Positions 33,611 through 38,792 of a DNA stretch of 38,792 nucleotides are shown piece by piece. The DNA comes from Craspedostauros australis (Eukaryota). The stretch spans positions 1 to 38,792 of the forward strand of contig JALAGF010004182.1 in NCBI GenBank assembly GCA_030167865.1, given 5' to 3'. A program made the position numbers and the translations under genes. The notes under the pieces are model-generated. The model made no database searches and was not told where the DNA came from. It saw only the letters and a list, made by a program, of their open reading frames with translations. Numbering within the stretch: the stretch's first letter is position 1; each line of letters starts with the position of its first letter.

Positions 33611-34771
33611 TTACACACCAAACAAGAATTCAAACGGCGTCGACAATGCTTCCAGCTGCACGTCCTCCTTGGCGACCGGGAATTTCGTGTGCATCCGAAT
33701 CGATTTCGGTTCCTGTTTCTTTGCGAAGATTGTGCCGGACGACGCAGCCATCTGCTGCTGTATCCGATACGGCCGCAACGCCGATTCTGACGGCTGAACA
33801 TGCGCAAAGTAAATGCGCGCCTGCACCATGTGAACAAAATCCTTGCTTTGCATGCGACTTCCGCCACCCGAATACTGCATACCACAGGCCCGGCTGCAGG
33901 CATCGCCGTAGTTGGAGATCGACGCCACGCGTTGTCTCGTTGCGCTGGATAGGATTTCCAATCGACTGATCTCGTACAATTCCAGATCGGTCGACGACAC
34001 GATTTCGACATCGTCCAGATACTGCAGCGCCAATACATCCTGCAACAATTCCAATTGAATGGTGCGTGAATCCCATAACGACGAGGGCGTCAACGCGACG
34101 ATATCGAACGTGCTGTCGTCGGATGACAGCGATGATGATGATGATACGAGCCCCATGTACTGCGGCACCTGTTTGGCACCAAAGATGGTCTTGGTGTTGT
34201 GATGCTGTTGCGCCACGAACTGCAGCCACGACGGCAGTCCAGTGGCGGATCCCCACAGTGCTTGCATCTGCGTCGCTGTGAACGGATGCTGCTGCGACAG
34301 CTGATGCAACGGGAACTTGGCGAAATGATGCAAGGTGCATTGCATCATGGCGTTCATGGTATCGAACGAATGCTTCCGGGATGATACAGAGCCACGCGGC
34401 TTTTGCAACGCTGGATACATCGCGCGCAACTTGGGATCGAGTTGATTGCCAATGGCGCAGACCAACGCCTTGAGTTTGGCATCGGCAAGGCGCTGTTCCT
34501 TTTGCAATGCCGCGATCTCGGTCTGCAGCTGTCGCATCTGCGCAACGATCGCGGCCTTGTCTGCGATAGGGGGCTTGTCCTTGCCCGGTCGCAGACTGAC
34601 CTGCAGCTGACGCACTAGCTTGCCCTTGTGATTGACATCAGTCGTCAAGCGGCGGAACACTTCATCAGCTTGCAGGAATTGATCCACGCTGCCCGCATCG
34701 AGTCCTCTCTCCACCTGCCATTGCTTCACGATGTCGGGAGATGTGCGGATGATCTTCAGGTCGATCGGCAT
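33611..34771 (-). CDS. Seryl-tRNA synthetase-like protein with degenerate catalytic core (probable pseudoenzyme), 386 aa
   Basis: SerRS-type N-terminal coiled-coil arm MPIDLKIIRTSPDIVKQWQVERG...VDQFLQAD..FRR...AIGNQLDP. Core remnants VPQYMGLVS, VASISNYGD..SR, KDFVHMVQA and ALRPY. The motif-2 FRxE and motif-3 Arg are not visible. Confidence 0.75.
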   Translation of the reverse strand: MPIDLKIIRTSPDIVKQWQVERGLDAGSVDQFLQADEVFRRLTTDVNHKGKLVRQLQVSLRPGKDKPPIADKAAIVAQMRQLQTEIAALQKEQRLADAKLKALVCAIGNQLDPKLRAMYPALQKPRGSVSSRKHSFDTMNAMMQCTLHHFAKFPLHQLSQQHPFTATQMQALWGSATGLPSWLQFVAQQHHNTKTIFGAKQVPQYMGLVSSSSSLSSDDSTFDIVALTPSSLWDSRTIQLELLQDVLALQYLDDVEIVSSTDLELYEISRLEILSSATRQRVASISNYGDACSRACGMQYSGGGSRMQSKDFVHMVQARIYFAHVQPSESALRPYRIQQQMAASSGTIFAKKQEPKSIRMHTKFPVAKEDVQLEALSTPFEFLFGV

Positions 34772-35032
34772 GGTGGTGTGAAGCTATTCCTCGGCATGTG
34801 ACGCAATGGTTGCCATGCAGTCTTGTTCGATGCTTCCTCTCCTCTTGGTGGAAGCCTGCGGAGAGAGGCAAAGAGGGAGGTGATGGTCTTGTTCTGGCGG
34901 ACGCGAAATCGGTTGGAGTTCACATCAAGCGTTTGAGACAAGATTGGATCAGCGATACACGATGGAAATACGTTATTGGTTTGAGGAGGAAATCGACGAA
35001 TCGAGTTTAGCATTGCAGTACCTCGCAGAGAC

Positions 35033-35082
35033 GAATGGTTGCGCCAAAACCTGAATGTTTGCGCCAAAACCCCAATGTTCGC
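35033..35082. repeat. 20-bp tandem repeat (2.5 copies) carrying GCGCCAAAA (reverse strand TTTTGGCGC, E2F-like)
   Basis: gaatggttgcgccaaaacct / gaatgtttgcgccaaaaccc / caatgttcgc, in the divergent promoter region 34772-35293. Confidence 0.75.
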
Positions 35083-35293
35083 AAGAAGATACTGCGCGAT
35101 GCTTGCGTTGCTTGGGACCAGAACACTCCGTTGTGAAACTTCAACAAGGCAGCCAAGCATGTCGCCATGCACTCCATTCTCTTCCCTTCCTTTCTCGCTT
35201 CACGGAGGATTCAAACCAAGGCCTTCGAACCACCACTTTCCTTCAGGGGTGAACGGCTCACAGTCGCAACATTGACTCCAATTTCAACCAACC

Positions 35294-38200
35294 ATGCGCT
35301 CCCACGCTCCCCCCACCACGACACTCATGGCAACGATGACGATGATGGTCATCATGGTGATGACGATGATGGTGATGGAAGTCAGATCCGTGGCGGCATT
35401 CATTGCTCCATGTCCTTGGCTACCGCGCCTGTCGTCAATGCCATTGCGCTCTCTTCTCTCCCAACAACAATTGCGACGTGGGTCCAGCTCTTGTCTTCAT
35501 GCGAACGACAACAACAACCTGGAAGCAGAACAACCAGCCGCTGGCGAGCCCACATTGGCAGAAGCGCCGACGGATCCAGCCCAGTACGCAGACCTCTTCA
35601 ACAATGATGACTTCTGGGACGCGAATTTGGACGAGGAAGATGTCAAGGAGATGCTGGACAAGCACTTCAAGATATCTGCTCCAAAAGATGGCTTCTGGAC
35701 AAGCGTGATTCTTTCCTGGGAAGCCATCATCCGTACCGCAAAAAGAGAAAGCAGCAATGAAGGCGCGTTGGAGAGTACAGCATCTGTCATCCAACGTCTA
35801 ATTCCCAACGATGTCACAGCCATATGGATCATGGGCGAAAAGCAAGACCCGAAGCACAGAGAGAAAGTCTTGGTTGCCGTCAAAAGATCGCTGGTGGTTG
35901 CCAGTAAAGATAGACCAACAACCCTCCGTGATTCGATCTTGATGATATTGGGAATCGTCCATGACTCCCAGAAGAAGAAGCCATTCGGCATGCTCCGCGT
36001 AGGCGAAGACGAATCAACATTCTTCTTTGGTGAAGCCCACTTTCGACACAAAGGCAACTTCGAACAGCAACCAACAACGGTGTTTCTGAAGCCGCTGAAG
36101 CTTGGCGCGAACCGCGACAGGGTGGCGATGTTCCACACCGAAAGTGGAAGTGGCAAGACCGTCGAGCTGGCTGCGAGCGCTCATCTGAGAGATGCTGTGA
36201 TCAGCATCGTGGAGATCATCGATGTAGACATACGCACGAAAGAAGCAGGCGATCAGCGGTACAATGAGGCCTATGAAAGCTTGAAGAGCTGTTTGAAACG
36301 TGACGTGAAGTCGAAGCCCATCGCCTTCCAAACCATCATCAAAGAAATGAATGCTTGGGCGGAACCAACTGCAGATGGGGCTGAGGGAGACCCCGGCTCC
36401 ATCCGAATCGTGTACTGTCTCGACGAAGCAGCCGGATGCCCAAACCTCGTGCGGGAAATCATCCGAAATTACAGTCGACTCGGTGATGAGATGGGGAAGT
36501 ACATTGCGAACGGATGTGATGGCACAACTGAGACTACCAGCCGAGATATTCAAGTTGTGTTTTCTGTTGCAGGCACAGGAACACATGGAAACACCGTCAG
36601 AAGCTTGGGTGCAAACTACCGAAGTCTTGAGCCAAGTGGCCGAAAGGTTGACAAAGAAGTCTACGAAGCACTCGTTTCGGAGTATGACAAGGGCGATGCC
36701 AGATACCAGAAAATTCCATCACAGGAAGACCTGGTGAAATCCACAGCCCTTCTTGGGATCGTTGGAACGCACAACGCAAGGATGGCATCCATCTTGATCG
36801 ATCAGCTCTTCCATTCGCCATTCTCGTACACCCATCCACACGAAGGGGCCAAGCTCATGTCGTTGGTCTTCCAGAAGTTCATCGCGTGTAATGCAATGGA
36901 ATCGCTGTGGAATGACGACCCCGCAAACACTGATGCAGAACTGGCTTGCACAAAGACGCGCATGTTGGAATCGGGACAGTCACTTGCCACTTTTCTCTTT
37001 CCGCAACCCTTCACACTACCATCCAAGGATGACGAAGCGGCAGAAAAGGTACGAACACTCAACTACGGCATCAGATTCGATGACGACGAAGATCCCGGCA
37101 CCAACTTCGATGATGGCGAGCCAACATCGATGTACTACCTTATGCGGAGATACGGATTGGTAGCTCCCAACGATTTTCGTCATAGCAGCAGCAAGGATCG
37201 CACTCTGGATCAGCCGTTCGAAGTGAGTGAGGCAATGCAACTACTCTGCATCTGGCTCATGCATGGCGGCACGCGATTGGCAGACGGCGAAGCGCTGTTG
37301 GGAACAGCTCCGCACGCTTTCGAGGTGCTGTCGACTCAGCTCGTCAGTTGTGCTATTTCAGCAGCCATGACGGTGGCATTGGAAGAACGTCCAGACGCTC
37401 ACCACATCTTGAAGAAGGCTCTCGGGATGTTCCTGAGAGAAGGCACTGTCGACGGTGAAGGTGAGCGTGGGACTCCACATGTGGATCCGGAGATCGAGGA
37501 AGCGTGGGCAGCACTTGAGGATGTGATCCCTGTGTCGGTAGACTACGATCTTGCATTCAACGGCATGTACTACCACAAATCTGAAATGAAGCTGAGGGAA
37601 GAGAAGGAGAAAGATACAATGTCAGAGTCAGAGTCAGAGCCAGAGCAAATCAACACGGTTTGGCGGAACATACCGACGATGGAAGTCGACCGAGACAAGG
37701 ATTTGGATCTGCCGAACTTGAAAGACAGGCGAGATTTCAACGCTGCAGAGGTGGTGTCAGGCAACACGGAAACGACTCTCGTCATGGACCGGGATCTGTT
37801 GGAAGGACTGATGCAAATGAAAGGTAAGAACACTGCAGCACGACGTTTCAGCCCAGCTCTTACGTGCGTGACAGAAGGCAGGTGCAACTTGGCAGATGGG
37901 ATCGTCGCTTTCATTGGTGCGAAACGCAACGAAAAGGGCGAGCTGGTTGACCATGCGCTCTACACCATCTTCATCCAATCCGAGGATCTTTTTGGAGATT
38001 CCGACATCGACACCGCAGGTATTCGCGACAAGAAGAACAGGGTCGATCAGGAGGTGCTGGATATTCCGTTTGGGAATACCCGACTGTACTGTGTGGCCAG
38101 TCGATCGGAGGCGTTGTCGACGAAAATGCTGGAGATCAGTGAAACCGACGAAGTCAAAGACAGCATCCAAAACAAACAATCGAAGAAGAACAAGAACATG

Positions 38201-38365
38201 AAGAAGAACACGAAGAAGAACACGAGAGTTCCGTTTGTTTCGTATCCGACTGATGAAGGCATGATGCTGCCAAATGTGATGTTGGCCCTTGATCCACTTC
38301 GCAATCACCAGAAGTTGGATGACAACGCAGTTATGTTGAAATTCTCCAACAGCAAAGATGAGTGA
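35294..38365 (+). CDS. Intronless P-loop NTPase with putative C-terminal restriction-endonuclease-like domain (Crinkler/RHS-like) and putative plastid presequence, 1023 aa
   Basis: Walker A TESGSGKT (~36137-36160), Walker B IVYCLDEA (~36407-36430), then SVAGTG and HNARMA. The C-terminal LADGIVAF...IFIQSE resembles a PD-(D/E)xK core. A hydrophobic N-terminal stretch ends VAA-FIAP. Confidence 0.6.
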   Translation: MRSHAPPTTTLMATMTMMVIMVMTMMVMEVRSVAAFIAPCPWLPRLSSMPLRSLLSQQQLRRGSSSCLHANDNNNLEAEQPAAGEPTLAEAPTDPAQYADLFNNDDFWDANLDEEDVKEMLDKHFKISAPKDGFWTSVILSWEAIIRTAKRESSNEGALESTASVIQRLIPNDVTAIWIMGEKQDPKHREKVLVAVKRSLVVASKDRPTTLRDSILMILGIVHDSQKKKPFGMLRVGEDESTFFFGEAHFRHKGNFEQQPTTVFLKPLKLGANRDRVAMFHTESGSGKTVELAASAHLRDAVISIVEIIDVDIRTKEAGDQRYNEAYESLKSCLKRDVKSKPIAFQTIIKEMNAWAEPTADGAEGDPGSIRIVYCLDEAAGCPNLVREIIRNYSRLGDEMGKYIANGCDGTTETTSRDIQVVFSVAGTGTHGNTVRSLGANYRSLEPSGRKVDKEVYEALVSEYDKGDARYQKIPSQEDLVKSTALLGIVGTHNARMASILIDQLFHSPFSYTHPHEGAKLMSLVFQKFIACNAMESLWNDDPANTDAELACTKTRMLESGQSLATFLFPQPFTLPSKDDEAAEKVRTLNYGIRFDDDEDPGTNFDDGEPTSMYYLMRRYGLVAPNDFRHSSSKDRTLDQPFEVSEAMQLLCIWLMHGGTRLADGEALLGTAPHAFEVLSTQLVSCAISAAMTVALEERPDAHHILKKALGMFLREGTVDGEGERGTPHVDPEIEEAWAALEDVIPVSVDYDLAFNGMYYHKSEMKLREEKEKDTMSESESEPEQINTVWRNIPTMEVDRDKDLDLPNLKDRRDFNAAEVVSGNTETTLVMDRDLLEGLMQMKGKNTAARRFSPALTCVTEGRCNLADGIVAFIGAKRNEKGELVDHALYTIFIQSEDLFGDSDIDTAGIRDKKNRVDQEVLDIPFGNTRLYCVASRSEALSTKMLEISETDEVKDSIQNKQSKKNKNMKKNTKKNTRVPFVSYPTDEGMMLPNVMLALDPLRNHQKLDDNAVMLKFSNSKDE

Positions 38366-38792
38366 TGAGGCGGTGGTGGTACTACCAACGGACGAGATGA
38401 CTATGATGCAGGATGGATTCAATCTCCACTTCATCCATATGACAATGTCGAACTATCTAGCAATATCATGTTCCAATGATGATCTTGATCTGATTGTTGA
38501 TACTGTGCATGGTAGCTGCTGTGTCTTCATGATGGGTAGACTGACATCTGGTGGATGGTGTTTCTTTGCCTGTGCTGTCAGATCTTGTCTCATGCGATGG
38601 CAAGATCCGATCCTGTACGAGCTCCAACCCTGGTGTCTTCTTTCATTGCCGTTTGATCAGGGTGGGTGATGCCTCTCATGTCAGCCAACGAGCCGAATTG
38701 TGAGATATGGAACAACCCTCATCACACTTCCCCTTGCATCTTGCAAATCGGCCGATCTCCAAGGTGATAATGAAAATAAGAGGACCGCAGCT

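Overview
Gene-dense eukaryotic nuclear DNA, most likely from a diatom or similar stramenopile. The basis is GT-AG introns, bipartite signal-plus-transit plastid presequences with an AF-type cleavage site, C/A-rich 5' leaders and high GC3 in housekeeping genes. Recognisable genes are tRNA-Asn(GTT), an RRP3/DDX47 helicase, a sterol desaturase/fatty-acid hydroxylase, RPL12, a 2OG-Fe(II) oxygenase-like protein, a 1569-aa disordered protein, a plastid PDZ-like/2Fe-2S ferredoxin, GTP cyclohydrolase I, phosphomannomutase, a homogentisate prenyltransferase, a C2 protein, YKT6 and SRP receptor alpha. Four things stand out. (1) An intact seryl-tRNA-synthetase paralogue keeps the tRNA-binding arm but has lost its catalytic motifs. 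(2) Head-to-head with it is a 1023-aa Crinkler/RHS-like P-loop NTPase plus restriction-endonuclease-like protein with an apparent plastid presequence. (3) Two tandem, intron-split small secreted proteins share a [YF]GWxLQ motif and are not shown correctly in the ORF track. (4) A ~1.85-kb decayed element is bounded by bipartite terminal inverted repeats. All family assignments come from motif recognition by eye; no searches were run.
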